Of a DNA stretch of 248,000 nucleotides, positions 42,210-52,410 are shown piece after piece; the stretch's first letter is position 1, and each line of letters opens with the position of its first letter. Made by a program: the position numbers and the translations under genes. The stretch covers positions 20,001-268,000 of the forward strand of contig NZ_JMCB01000003.1 in the NCBI RefSeq assembly GCF_000737315.1. The letters are read 5' to 3'. The stretch comes from Hyalangium minutum (lineage in GTDB: Bacteria; Myxococcota; Myxococcia; Myxococcales; Myxococcaceae). A model generated the notes under the pieces. The model was not told where the DNA came from and ran no database searches. It saw only the letters and a list, made by a program, of their open reading frames with translations.

Positions 42210-43532
42210 TCAGAGGCCGGCCAGCGACATGTTCTGCTGGCGCTTGGACAGCACCTTCACCGGCTGGATCGCCATCACGCGCATGAAGACCTGGAGCAAC
42301 TCCGGGTCGAACTTGTTGCGCATCTCCGTCCACATCAGCATCAGCGACACCTCGGGCCCATACGCATCCCGGTACGGCCGCTTGCTCGTCAGTGCGTCGA
42401 ACGCGTCGCAGATGGCGATGACCTTCGCGTACACCCCGAGGCTCGTCTTCGGGATGATCATCTGGATGTTGCCGCGCGTGTCCCGCACCGCCGTCCCGAA
42501 GTCCGCCTTGTGCTCGAACGTCGTCACCACCCGCAGCAGCGTCGAGCGCGTGATGCTCTTCTCCATCAGGATGTTGCGCACCGAGATCAGCGGCGCCTTC
42601 TGGATCAGCACCTTCTCCTCGGACGTCAGCGCCCCGCGCTTCGTCGCCAGCTCGTCCGGGATCGTCGACATCCCCGCGTCGTGGAACAGCGCGATGTAGC
42701 CCAGGTCCCGCAGCTGCGGCTTCGTCAGCCCCAGCTCCGCCCCGAACACGATGCTCATCAGGCACACGTTCACCTGATGGAACACCAGGTACTCCGACTC
42801 GCGCTTCGTGGTGGTCATCCCCAAGAAGTGCGTTCGCTGATCGTACGAGATGTCCACCAGATCCTGGACGAGCCGCAGCGCCTTGGACGTGTTCATCGGC
42901 TTCCCGGCCCGCACCGACTCCAGGTACTTCTGCAGGAAGAACACCGCGCGCGCGTACACCGTCATCGCGTACTTCTTCCGGTCGACCTTGTAGTCGCCCG
43001 GGTTCTCCAGCTTGTCCGCCTCCTTGGCCAGCTTCTCGCGCAGCTTGGAGAACTTGGCGACCTTCATGTTCAGCAGCTTCCGGTCCGCCAGGCCCTCCTC
43101 GCTCGCCTCCGAGGTCTGCTCCTTGCTGAAGATCCATACGAAGTTCTTCAGCTCCGGCAGGGTGATCGGCTTGGAGATGGAGAACCCACCCACGTCCTTG
43201 GCCCGCATCTCCGACAGCAGGTAGCGCTGGTTCTCGATGGCGTTCAGGTCCACCTTCACCAGCATGCTGTTCAGGTAGAAGGAGTCCTTCACCCCCACCA
43301 GATCCAGCCGCCCCTCCTTGGAGACGATCTGGTTCATGATGTCCTGCAGCTGCGTCAGCGGCTTCTCGAAGACGGCGTTGTCCGGGTCATACATCTTCAC
43401 GGACCGCACCAGCATGTAGAGCCCGGACACCATCCCGCGCGCCAGCGTCTGCAGCTTGTCCGAGTGCGCACGGCCATACTCGCCACCGCTGCTCTCGCTC
43501 TGGGCCTGGGTGATTTTCAAGTTGTCGGCCAT
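42210..43532 (-). CDS. HD-GYP-like domain protein (degenerate)
   Basis: LFHDAG, ICDAFDALTSKRPYR; GYP motif absent. Confidence 0.7.
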   Translation of the reverse strand: MADNLKITQAQSESSGGEYGRAHSDKLQTLARGMVSGLYMLVRSVKMYDPDNAVFEKPLTQLQDIMNQIVSKEGRLDLVGVKDSFYLNSMLVKVDLNAIENQRYLLSEMRAKDVGGFSISKPITLPELKNFVWIFSKEQTSEASEEGLADRKLLNMKVAKFSKLREKLAKEADKLENPGDYKVDRKKYAMTVYARAVFFLQKYLESVRAGKPMNTSKALRLVQDLVDISYDQRTHFLGMTTTKRESEYLVFHQVNVCLMSIVFGAELGLTKPQLRDLGYIALFHDAGMSTIPDELATKRGALTSEEKVLIQKAPLISVRNILMEKSITRSTLLRVVTTFEHKADFGTAVRDTRGNIQMIIPKTSLGVYAKVIAICDAFDALTSKRPYRDAYGPEVSLMLMWTEMRNKFDPELLQVFMRVMAIQPVKVLSKRQQNMSLAGL

Positions 43533-43536
43533 GGCT

Positions 43537-45303
43537 TCATGCCTCCTCTACCGGCGCCGCGTCTCCGAACAGCGCCTTCTTCGTCTGGTACATCGCCTTG
43601 CGCGCCGCGGTGAGCACCTCCACCGGCTGCGACTTGTCCTCCACCACGCCCTGCAGCACCTTGTACGCGTGGATGTTGCACGCGCCCGCCAGCCCCAGGA
43701 TGGCGACCAGCTTGTCGTCCATCACCTTCTTCTTGCTCAGCAGCGAGGGCTTCGCCGACAGGATCTGCGTCAGGAAGGTGAACGCGTTGGGCACGCCCGT
43801 GGAGCCCAGCGCCGAGTAGAAGGCGGCGCGCTCGTCCGCCGTCTTCTTTTCGAAGTCCGAGGCCCGTATCACCCGCAGCACATCGATGTACGCCTTCTCT
43901 GGGTCGAACTCCGGCAGCAGCTTGGCCGCCTGCATCCGTACCTGGGAGACGGGATCGTGCAGCAGCTCCGCGAACAGCTTGCGGCTCTCGGCGGAGTGGC
44001 CCAGGGCGATGATGCTCATCACCTCCAGCTTCACCACCAGGTTCTTCCCCTTGAGCACCGTGCCGAACAGCTTGATCCGCTCCGGGTGCTGGCTCTTCTC
44101 CAGGATGTAGACCATGTCGCGCACGGTCTGCGGCCGGTCCGCTTGCAGCCGGATGACGAATGGATCCGGCCGGTTCTTGGCGAAGCTCGCGAGCACGTCG
44201 CACAACAGGAGCCGGTTCTCTGGCACCTCGATGGTTTCCAGCACCGTGAGCAGCGGGATGATGGCGTGCTCGTCCAGCACCTGCAGGTAGCGGGTGATGT
44301 CCGCCGGGTTCTTCGGCCGGGTGCGCTTGAGGGATTCGCCCAGCCGGTTCAGGCGCTGCTCGTCCGCCATCTTCTGGATGAAGTACGCCAGCAGCCGGGC
44401 GATGGGGCCGTCCAGGTTGTCTTCGCGCTGCGACAGCGCGCGCAGCTTGAGCACCATCTGGTTGATGGTGCCGTAGTCGTCCTGGATGAGCATGGCGTCC
44501 AGCAGCTGGACGAAGATTTCCTCCAGCAGCCCCACGTCATCCACGCCGCCTTCCACGACCTGGAAGATGGCGCTCACCAGCTTGGGGAAGAGGCGCGCGG
44601 TCTCCTCCTCCTCGATTTCTTTCTGCAGCTTGGCCTTCAGCGAGTCTGAGGCATACGTGCCCTCCACCAGCACGCCGCGGATCTGCTCCACGCCCTCCAG
44701 CTGCGCGTCCAGATCGTCCGCCGACACGCGCGCGAAGCGCAGGTAGTCCTCCGAGTTCGTCTGCAGGCGGGAGTAGAGGTAGCTCACCACCTTGTCCACC
44801 TCGACGGCCACCTCCTCCTCGGAGGCGCCGTCCACGGAGAAGCCCTCCACCACCACGTACTCGACGTGCTCCATGCTCGCCTTCCAGAGCTGGGCGAGCG
44901 CGTCTTCCGCGCCACGCTCCGGCTCCGATAGGGCGATCATCGTGAAGGTGACCATCTCCTGCTGCGTGACTCCCGGCCGGAAGATCAGCTGGCGGATGCC
45001 ATCCCGGAAGAACTTGTAGGAGAGCGGCGTGTCCTCGGAGAACAGCGGCTCGTTGTGCAGCAGGAAGTTCTGCTGCTCCACCTTGAGCGACAGCGGGCCG
45101 TGCTTCTCGGTGTACTCGGTGAGCGCGCTCAGTGCCGGGGCGAGGAACTCGGGGTACTTCGCCTCGTTGTGGCGGTACATCCCGATTTGCTTGATGCCTT
45201 TGAGCAGCTGGAAGGTGAAATTCCGCGCCAGGTCCACCTTCTCGCGTATCACTGGATCCGCGGAGCGCTCCGCGGTCTCGTTGGTTTTCTGGGGCGAGGC
45301 CAT
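43537..45303 (-). CDS. HEAT-repeat protein
   Basis: helical repeats, VRMQAAKLL; coupled to HD-GYP gene. Confidence 0.6.
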   Translation of the reverse strand: MASPQKTNETAERSADPVIREKVDLARNFTFQLLKGIKQIGMYRHNEAKYPEFLAPALSALTEYTEKHGPLSLKVEQQNFLLHNEPLFSEDTPLSYKFFRDGIRQLIFRPGVTQQEMVTFTMIALSEPERGAEDALAQLWKASMEHVEYVVVEGFSVDGASEEEVAVEVDKVVSYLYSRLQTNSEDYLRFARVSADDLDAQLEGVEQIRGVLVEGTYASDSLKAKLQKEIEEEETARLFPKLVSAIFQVVEGGVDDVGLLEEIFVQLLDAMLIQDDYGTINQMVLKLRALSQREDNLDGPIARLLAYFIQKMADEQRLNRLGESLKRTRPKNPADITRYLQVLDEHAIIPLLTVLETIEVPENRLLLCDVLASFAKNRPDPFVIRLQADRPQTVRDMVYILEKSQHPERIKLFGTVLKGKNLVVKLEVMSIIALGHSAESRKLFAELLHDPVSQVRMQAAKLLPEFDPEKAYIDVLRVIRASDFEKKTADERAAFYSALGSTGVPNAFTFLTQILSAKPSLLSKKKVMDDKLVAILGLAGACNIHAYKVLQGVVEDKSQPVEVLTAARKAMYQTKKALFGDAAPVEEA

Positions 45304-45482
45304 GCGTCCTGGGGGGTTCGGACAGGGTGAGGGAGTCCGAGTCTACTCCCTCATACGCCCCAGGAGATCCCTCTGCATGGGAACTTCCGCTCAGGTATGT
45401 AGGTTGAGAGCCTACCGTGAAAACGGCAGCGCCCCCGCCAGCGAGGGCAGGGGCGCCGGTACGGCTTGGGCCGAGCGGGGCG

Positions 45483-46373
45483 TTACTGGGCCGCCACGGC
45501 GGTGTCCGGATCCACCTCGGCCATGAGCGCGGCCAGCTCGGCCTTGAGCTTGTCCTTGGCGCGGATCTCCAGCTGGCGGGCGCGCTCGCGCGAGAAGCCG
45601 AAGTGCTCGCCCAGCTCCTTGAGCGTCATGGGGCGCTCATTCATGACGCGCTGCTCGATGATGAAGCGCTCGCGGGGATCCAGCCGCATCAGCGCGGTGC
45701 GGACGCGGGCGTTGATGAGGCCCGCCTCCTCCTTGTCGGCGAACTCGTCATCCTGCGGGGCGCTGGCGCTCACCACGAAGTCCACGTGGCTGTTGCCGCC
45801 GTCCTCGCCCATGGGCGCGTCCAGGGAGAGATCGCGGCCGCCCATGCGCTGCTCCATCTCGCGCACCTCGCCCGGCTTCACGTGCAGCTTGCGGGCGATG
45901 TCGTCCACATTCACCACGTCGCCATCGGGAGTGCCGAACTTCTCCAGCTCGCGGCGGGTGCGCGCCAAGCTGAAGAACAGCTTGCGTTGAGCCTGCGTCG
46001 TCCCCAGTTTTACCAAAGACCAAGACTTGAGAATGTAGTTCTGGATGTACGCGCGGATCCACCACACCGCGTAGGAGATGAGGCGGATGCCCTTGTCCGG
46101 ATCGAACTTCTGCACGGCCTTCATCAGGCCGATGTTCCCTTCCTGGATGAGGTCGCTCATCTTGATGCCGTAGGAGCGGTACTCGTAGGCGACCTTCACG
46201 ACGAAGCGCAGGTTGCTCGTCACCAGCCGGTGGCCCGCGGACAGGTCCCCCTTGAGGAACTTCCGGGCCAGCGCTTGCTCCTCCTCCACCGTGAGCAGCG
46301 AGTAGTGGTTGATCTCCGAGAGGTACATCGCCAGGGAGCCGGAGTTGGAAGACTGCTCGTGGGTGTTTTGCAT
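45483..46373 (-). CDS. sigB: RNA polymerase sigma factor, sigma32-like (probable sporulation SigB ortholog)
   Basis: [51 protein letters not shown] (RpoH box), SRERARQLE; synteny with nfs recalled from M. xanthus. Confidence 0.7.
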   Translation of the reverse strand: MQNTHEQSSNSGSLAMYLSEINHYSLLTVEEEQALARKFLKGDLSAGHRLVTSNLRFVVKVAYEYRSYGIKMSDLIQEGNIGLMKAVQKFDPDKGIRLISYAVWWIRAYIQNYILKSWSLVKLGTTQAQRKLFFSLARTRRELEKFGTPDGDVVNVDDIARKLHVKPGEVREMEQRMGGRDLSLDAPMGEDGGNSHVDFVVSASAPQDDEFADKEEAGLINARVRTALMRLDPRERFIIEQRVMNERPMTLKELGEHFGFSRERARQLEIRAKDKLKAELAALMAEVDPDTAVAAQ

Positions 46374-46485
46374 GGTTCAGTTCTCCCGACGGCGGGCTTC
46401 AGATGAGCCCGTGATGAGTGTGGGGACCGCTTGTCGACCGCACGCTGGATGTCATGAGCAACCGCAGTGCCAGCCCCCGTTGACA

Positions 46486-46665
46486 AAAAATCCCCTGAGA
46501 CTGCGCGGGGTTGACTCGGATCCCCTCGGAAGGGGGGACCCGCGGGTGGAAAGCGTTACAGACCGGCGCCGGAAACCTCCGTTCCCACGGTCTGTAGAAG
46601 TTGCGCGACTGTGTTTCAGTCACCTCCGAGCCCAAGGGGAAGAAATGGGACGAGTCTCCCTGCTT
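46486..46665 (-). ncRNA. structured RNA candidate (6S-like long hairpin or sigB leader)
   Basis: nested stems GACTCG/CGAGTC, CTCGGA/TCCGAG, TACAGACCG/CGGTCTGTA, GACTG/CAGTC; U6 tract on minus strand at 46485-46490; strand uncertain. Confidence 0.45.
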
Positions 46666-46743
46666 TCAAACCCTCTAACGGGGCGCGAGGTTGTCGTCCG
46701 AAGGGCAGACACGCTCGAACCCTCGGAGGGCGAGCGAGGTGGC

Positions 46744-48741
46744 TCAGGCGGCGCGGCGGGTCTCGAGGTAGCGGCGCAGCGGGGCGAGCAGGCGCTCTGC
46801 CTCTCCGGCCGCGAGGGGGCGCTGGCCGAAGCGGGCTTCCAGGTAGCGCCGGGTGATGGGGGCCAAGGGCTCGGCCAGGGAGTGCTGCTCGCGGACGAGG
46901 CGCGTGGTGAGCTCCTCCAGCGACTCATCCGAGCGAGGGCGCAGGCCTGCTTCGCGCAGCAGGCCCTCCACGGAATCGATCAGCTGCGTGGCGGCGTGCG
47001 GGCGGGGCGCGGACAGACGGCCTGAGAGGATGCGCCACGTGCCGTAGGTGAGCAGGCCCACCAGCAGCGCCAGGCCCCAGATGCGGGCCGGGGGGAGGCG
47101 GGAGGACGTGCGGCCGGGCTCGCGCGGCGGACGGATGAGCTTCTGGGCCGCGTCCAGCTGATCTCTCAGCGAGTAGTCGATAACGGAGGTGCGCCAGCGG
47201 GCCTCGATCGCCTCGTAGAGGCCGGTGAGGAACTCGAGCGCGGGCAGGGACTGGCTGGCCCGGTTGCTCGGAGGCGTCGCGTCGATCGTGACAAAGCCTC
47301 GCTCGGGAACGAGCACGTGCGTCCAGGCGTGCGCATCTCCGGCGCGGAGGATGTAATCCTCGGTGGAGCGCTCGCCGCCGAAGAAGCCCGTGGACAGCCG
47401 CGCGGAGATTCCCTGGGTGCGCAGCATGATCGTCAGTGCGGTGGCGAAGTGCTCGCAATGGCCCGCTTTGCGCTCGAAGAGGAAGTCCGCGAGGGGATCC
47501 TCCACGTCCCCGCTGAGCTCCAGCGTGTATGCGTACTCGCGCTGCAGCCAGGCGGACAGCTTCTGGGCGGCCTTCAGGGGATCCGTCTCTCCGTCGAGCA
47601 CCTTGCGCGCCAGCGCCTCCACGCGCGGATCCAGCCGGTCCGGCAGCGCCAGGAGCTGGCCGCGCTCGACCTCGGTGAGCGAGGTGGAGGCATCCTCCTC
47701 GGGAGGGACGCTGGTGGCCTCGTAGGCGTAGGCGAGGGCGTTCTCGGTGAAGCGCACCTCACCGCCACCGAGCTCCATGAGAGAGGTGCGGCGGGTGCCG
47801 CTCGCCTGATGGGCCACCGCGTTGCCCAGGCGCGTGGGCGTCTCGAGCGCCACCAGGGTTCGGGCGCCATACGCGGGCAGCAGTTCGATGCGCTGGTGGA
47901 TGGACTGCTCGCCGCCGGGGCGCAGTGTCACCCGTGGGCGCGAGCGCTTGGGGTTGTTGCCCACGCTCGTCCACTCCTGCCCATCGAAGATGTCATAGGT
48001 TCGGGCCACCCAGTAGGCGCCCAGGTGCTCCACGCCGGGATCGGGCGTGATGTGGGCGCGCAGCACCACGCGAGGGTTGCTCTTGAGCGTCCCCGCGCCG
48101 CCCAGGCGCACCGTGTCCGCCAGGCCAGTGGTGGCGCCCAGGCCCGGTCCGGTCCTTCGGCCGGCCATGCTCCAGTTGAGGCGAGGGAAGAGGACGAAGA
48201 AGGCCAGCGCGCCCAGCAGCGCGAAGCACAGGCCCAGGGAGAGCGGACGCACCACCTCGCGCACGGGCAGGGGCTCGCCCTCGGGGACGGCGGCCTCCAC
48301 CACGGTCAGTCCCATGGACAGGCTGGCGAAGACTGCGTAGGCCACCAGGAACAGGGCAAACGTCAGCTCACCGGAGAGCGCCGCGCCGCCAGCCACCATC
48401 AGCAGGCCGGTCAGCTGCACCTGCCCATCCGTGCGTGAGTCCGGCGTGGACAGGAGCCGGTGGGCGGCGATGAGGCCCGCGAAGGCGCACGCGGCCACCA
48501 CGAGATCGAGCTGCCCGACGTACACGGAGAGCCCGAGCATCGCGGCCAGCACCAGCAGCAGCACGGAGGTGCTCTTCGCTCGCTGGGCGAACAGGCGCTT
48601 GCCGAGGAGCGCGCACACGAGCGCCACGCCGAAGAGGCCGATCGCCCATGCGGGCAGCTGGCCGGACACGGCCATGGAGCCGAACGCCGCTCCGGCGCCC
48701 AGATCGCGCAGCCTCAGCCGGAGCCGGGAGGGAGAGCTCAT
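46744..48741 (-). CDS. TgpA-like transglutaminase (DUF3488 + transglutaminase core)
   Basis: GHCEHFATA, DAHAW, DATP. Confidence 0.85.
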   Translation of the reverse strand: MSSPSRLRLRLRDLGAGAAFGSMAVSGQLPAWAIGLFGVALVCALLGKRLFAQRAKSTSVLLLVLAAMLGLSVYVGQLDLVVAACAFAGLIAAHRLLSTPDSRTDGQVQLTGLLMVAGGAALSGELTFALFLVAYAVFASLSMGLTVVEAAVPEGEPLPVREVVRPLSLGLCFALLGALAFFVLFPRLNWSMAGRRTGPGLGATTGLADTVRLGGAGTLKSNPRVVLRAHITPDPGVEHLGAYWVARTYDIFDGQEWTSVGNNPKRSRPRVTLRPGGEQSIHQRIELLPAYGARTLVALETPTRLGNAVAHQASGTRRTSLMELGGGEVRFTENALAYAYEATSVPPEEDASTSLTEVERGQLLALPDRLDPRVEALARKVLDGETDPLKAAQKLSAWLQREYAYTLELSGDVEDPLADFLFERKAGHCEHFATALTIMLRTQGISARLSTGFFGGERSTEDYILRAGDAHAWTHVLVPERGFVTIDATPPSNRASQSLPALEFLTGLYEAIEARWRTSVIDYSLRDQLDAAQKLIRPPREPGRTSSRLPPARIWGLALLVGLLTYGTWRILSGRLSAPRPHAATQLIDSVEGLLREAGLRPRSDESLEELTTRLVREQHSLAEPLAPITRRYLEARFGQRPLAAGEAERLLAPLRRYLETRRAA

Positions 48742-49709
48742 GCCGCCTGCTCCTCCTTCTCCCGCTGATCCTCGAAGCCCACCCAGGCCAGGGCCCGGAG
48801 GATGCGCCGCTCTTGGGCACTGCCCGCTGCGGGGCGCAGACGCTCGCCGGGCGTCTCCAGGCCCACCTCATTGCCGGCCTCGATCAGATCGTGGGTGAGC
48901 GCCGCCACCTCCTCGCAGCGCCGATCGAGGGCCTCCCCTTGGAGCCCTCCCTCCACGGTGAGTACATAGGTGCGGCGCTCCTCGCGCTCGCGCTCCACCT
49001 TGAGGAGCTTCCCCACGGAGGCGCTCTTGCGCCAGTGCACGCGGCGCGCATCCTCGGTGGGCCCCAGCTCGCGCAGGCCCGCCACGTCGCCGGTGCCATC
49101 ATTGCTGCGAGGGGTGCTCGCGTCGCCGTACGCGCCCTGCAGCGCCCGGCCCGGCAGCTGGCACGCGTAGCCTCGGCGCGGGTACACCAGCAGGGTGCCG
49201 TCCAGCTCGAACACGCGTGTCTTGGCGAAGAGGCCCAGCGGCCATGTCGTGGTGAGCCGGACGCCGCTCAGCCGCAGGGGCCCTCGGCGGGGTGCGGTCA
49301 GGTCCGCGCGGACGACGTGCTCCACACGCGTGCGCAGGTAGCCCACGCGGCCCTCGCCAGTGAGCGGGCTGTCCACCTCGCTCAGCGTGAGAGCGAAGGA
49401 GTTGCCCAGGCGGCGGGTGAGGGCCCAGCGGAAGGCGAAGGGCTCGCCCGCGAAGGCGGACTCGGTGCCCAAGCGGCGGATCGTGAGGTAGCGCAGGCAG
49501 CGCTCGGAGAGCACGCCGGAGGCCACCACCATGGCCAGCAGCAAGCCGAGCACGAGGTAGAGCAGGTTGTTGCCGGTGTTCAGCGCGCCCAGGCCCACGC
49601 CGAACGTCACCACGAGGTACGTGCGCCCCACGCGCGTCACCTTCAAGGTGCGCGGAGGGCGCAGCAGGGCGCGCAGCCGCGCCCACTTCGCCTGGAGCCA
49701 CGTCTTCAC
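48738..49709 (-). CDS. DUF58 protein
   Basis: NNLLYL, WPLGLF, DARRVHWRKSA. Confidence 0.85.
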   Translation of the reverse strand: MKTWLQAKWARLRALLRPPRTLKVTRVGRTYLVVTFGVGLGALNTGNNLLYLVLGLLLAMVVASGVLSERCLRYLTIRRLGTESAFAGEPFAFRWALTRRLGNSFALTLSEVDSPLTGEGRVGYLRTRVEHVVRADLTAPRRGPLRLSGVRLTTTWPLGLFAKTRVFELDGTLLVYPRRGYACQLPGRALQGAYGDASTPRSNDGTGDVAGLRELGPTEDARRVHWRKSASVGKLLKVEREREERRTYVLTVEGGLQGEALDRRCEEVAALTHDLIEAGNEVGLETPGERLRPAAGSAQERRILRALAWVGFEDQREKEEQAA

Positions 49710-50686
49710 CGAGGTGCTGCCACCTTTCGGGAGATCTCCTCGACCAGGTGCGCCGCCTCGTCCCGGGCCGCCGCGCCCTGCACGTTGCTGCGCAGCAGGA
49801 GCCGGTGCGCCAGGCACGGTACCAGCACCGCGCGGATGTCCCCCGGCGTCACGAAGTCACGCCCCTCCCACAGGGCATGCGCCCGGGCCGCCGAGCCCAC
49901 CGCCAGCACCGCGCGGGTGGAAGCACCGCGCTCGATGTCGCCGTGCTCGCGCGTGGCCCGGGCCAGCCGGACGACGTACTCCGCCACGGCCTCGTCGATG
50001 CGCATCTCCGCGGCGAGCGCCCGCAGGCCGCTCAGCTCCTCCGGCCCGGTGACGGGCTCCAGTGCATCCACCGGAGGCGTCCGCCCGCGCGTGGTGAGCA
50101 GCCGCGCTTCGACTTCGGGGGCCGGGTGCCCCAGCGACAGCCGCATGAGGAAGCGATCCAGCTGCGAGTCCGGAAGCGGATAGGTACCCGTGAGATCCAG
50201 CGGGTTCTGCGTGGCCACCACCGTGAAGGGGGAGGGCAGGGGATAGGTGTTCCCATCCATCGACACCTGTCCCTGCGCCATGCCCTCGAGAAGGGCGGAT
50301 TGGGTGCGCGGGGGCGCGCGGTTGAGCTCATCGGCCAGCACGAGCTGCCGGAAGATGGGCCCCTGGCGGAAGGAGAAGGTGGCGTTGGTGGCGTTGAACA
50401 CCTGCGCGCCCAGGATGTCCGCGGGCATCAGGTCCGCGGTGAACTGGATGCGCGAGAAGCTCAGCCCACAGGAGCGCGCCAGCGCCTCGGCCAGCGTCGT
50501 CTTGCCCACGCCGGGCACGTCCTCCAAGAGGAGGTGGCCTCCAGCGATGAGACAGGTGACGGTGAGGCGGGCTTGGGCCTCCTTTCCCTGCACCACGCTC
50601 GACAGGTGAGCGGAGATCCGCTCCATGACCGAGCGCGCGGAATCAACAGGGGGGGCGGAGGCGATGGCGCGGGCAGGTTGGTTCAT
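49706..50686 (-). CDS. moxR: MoxR-family AAA+ ATPase
   Basis: EDVPGVGKT, RIQFTADLMP, DELNRAPPRTQSALLE, ATQNP. Confidence 0.9.
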   Translation of the reverse strand: MNQPARAIASAPPVDSARSVMERISAHLSSVVQGKEAQARLTVTCLIAGGHLLLEDVPGVGKTTLAEALARSCGLSFSRIQFTADLMPADILGAQVFNATNATFSFRQGPIFRQLVLADELNRAPPRTQSALLEGMAQGQVSMDGNTYPLPSPFTVVATQNPLDLTGTYPLPDSQLDRFLMRLSLGHPAPEVEARLLTTRGRTPPVDALEPVTGPEELSGLRALAAEMRIDEAVAEYVVRLARATREHGDIERGASTRAVLAVGSAARAHALWEGRDFVTPGDIRAVLVPCLAHRLLLRSNVQGAAARDEAAHLVEEISRKVAAPR

Positions 50687-50750
50687 CTGTCCGCGCAGTC
50701 TACCCGAGGCGTCTCGGGGGAGGGACTGCTCGCTGCCTAAGCAACCAACT

Positions 50751-51071
50751 TCAGGCGAGGATCTCTTCCGGCGTGTAGTAGGCCCGGGGCTCCGAGCCCG
50801 TGCTCACCCCGAAATAGCGGAACATCCGCTCGTGGTGCCCGGCCAGCCCGCGCAGCTCCACCTTGTTGTGCGCGCCCAGATCCTTGGTCAGCACCACCAC
50901 CGCTGTGTCCTTGAACTCGCGCAGGTGCGCGAAGTCCAGCACCACCTCGCGGGAGCCCAGAGCCTCCAGCGAGTGACGCAGCTGCGCCGCCGTGCGCCAG
51001 TCCAGCGTCCCCTCGAGCCGAAGGGTGATGCGCCCTGCGAGCTCTTCCTGGTGGATTTGCAGCCCCGACAT
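50751..51071 (-). CDS. STAS-domain protein
   Basis: LRLEGTLD..A, VVLDFAHL..F.D. Confidence 0.65.
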   Translation of the reverse strand: MSGLQIHQEELAGRITLRLEGTLDWRTAAQLRHSLEALGSREVVLDFAHLREFKDTAVVVLTKDLGAHNKVELRGLAGHHERMFRYFGVSTGSEPRAYYTPEEILA

Positions 51072-51218
51072 GATGGTCGTCTCCCTAAATATTGGAAATT
51101 CCGAGGGGTGTTCCTGTGTGGAGGGCACAATTCGCGCAAACCCCGGGCTTTTGCATCCCCCCCCGGCATTTATTGCGCGAAATGTTCTGCACCCACCGGA
51201 ATGGGTGTTGCACAGCGG

Positions 51219-51956
51219 TCAGCTCTTGCCGGCTTCCGTCGGCTGCTGAGCACGCAAGGTCAGCTCGCGTTCCTGCTGAGCCTTCAGCTTGCGGAACTCC
51301 TTCACGACCTTGGTCGGGTAGCCGGCGATGAACTTCTTCCGGGACTCGCGCTTGGCGAGGATCTTCTTCGCCAGCCCCGGGCCCGCGTTGTACGCGACGA
51401 GCGCGTGCTCCACGTTGCCGAAGCGCTGGATGAGGTTGGCCAGGTACGCGGTGCCCAGCTCGATGTTCGTCTCCGCGTCGAACAGGTTGGTGGAGCGCCC
51501 CAGCCGGAAGCCCGCCTTGTCCGCCAGGTAGGTGCCCGTGTCCGGCATCACCTGCATCAGGCCCATGGCCCCCACGCCGGACACCGCGTAGTTGTTGAAC
51601 GAGCTCTCGCAGCGGATGAGCGCAATCACCAGCATCGGGTCGATGTCGTTGCGCTGGGCCTCGCGGACGATGGCCACCGCCACCCGCCGCTGCTGCCGGA
51701 GCGGCAGGCCCGAGGCCCTCACCGCCTCCGCCACCCCCAGGCGCATCGCCTCCTGGAAGTGGACCTCATCCTCGTACGCCTGCAGGCGGGCCTGCGCCTC
51801 CCGAAGCGCTGCCTCGCGCTCGGCCAGCTTCGCTTTCAGCTCCTCCACCTGAGGCGCCTCCACCACCGTCCTGTCGGGGACCAGCAAGGGATAGCTGGGA
51901 ATGGCCGCCCCCGTCATCACCGCCGCCGCCGCCGCCGCCACCGTCCAACGCCGCAT
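51219..51956 (-). CDS. lytic transglycosylase (probable LtgA ortholog)
   Basis: IRCESSF, GAMGLMQVMP, NIELGTAYL, ALVAYNAG. Confidence 0.85.
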   Translation of the reverse strand: MRRWTVAAAAAAVMTGAAIPSYPLLVPDRTVVEAPQVEELKAKLAEREAALREAQARLQAYEDEVHFQEAMRLGVAEAVRASGLPLRQQRRVAVAIVREAQRNDIDPMLVIALIRCESSFNNYAVSGVGAMGLMQVMPDTGTYLADKAGFRLGRSTNLFDAETNIELGTAYLANLIQRFGNVEHALVAYNAGPGLAKKILAKRESRKKFIAGYPTKVVKEFRKLKAQQERELTLRAQQPTEAGKS

Positions 51957-52266
51957 GTCCTACCTCCCCCATCCACCCAAACTGCCACCGGCCACACCTG
52001 CCTTTCCGCTAAGCACCCGCCGTGCCAGCGTCCGAGTCTCAGTTCTAGATCATTAAGATCCCTAGGAAACAGAAGCGGGTGCGTGGACGAAGGTCGGGGA
52101 GTGAAGGTCGGTAGAAATGCCCGGATGGGGAAATGCTTTACCCACAACGAGGCTGTTGAAAGCTCTGGCACGGTGATCGCGAGCCCTTGCCGGGGCAAAG
52201 GGGGCTCCCTAGCTTCGCCCACATTGACGGGTGTGTGGCCAGGAGGGCGGCGGCGTGTATTGGACA

Positions 52267-52410
52267 ATGAGCATCATCCTGTTCGTGCTGTGGATGTTGG
52301 GGCTGATCACCGGCTCCACCGAGGGCTACTGGGTCTATCTCCTGTTGCTCTTCTCGATGGTGTCGCTGGTGCTGGCGGTGTCGAACCGTGGGAAGCGGTT
52401 GGTGGCATGA
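52267..52410 (+). CDS. small membrane protein (lmo0937/DUF5670-like), absent from ORF track
   Basis: 47-aa MSIILFVLWMLGLITGSTEGYWVYLLL...; stop overlaps next ATG. Confidence 0.6.
   Translation: MSIILFVLWMLGLITGSTEGYWVYLLLLFSMVSLVLAVSNRGKRLVA

Noticed and set aside
46480-46502. Plus-strand sigma70 promoter (TTGACA...GAGACT)
   Set aside because: The spacer is only 11 nt; the A-tract fits better as a minus-strand terminator U-run.
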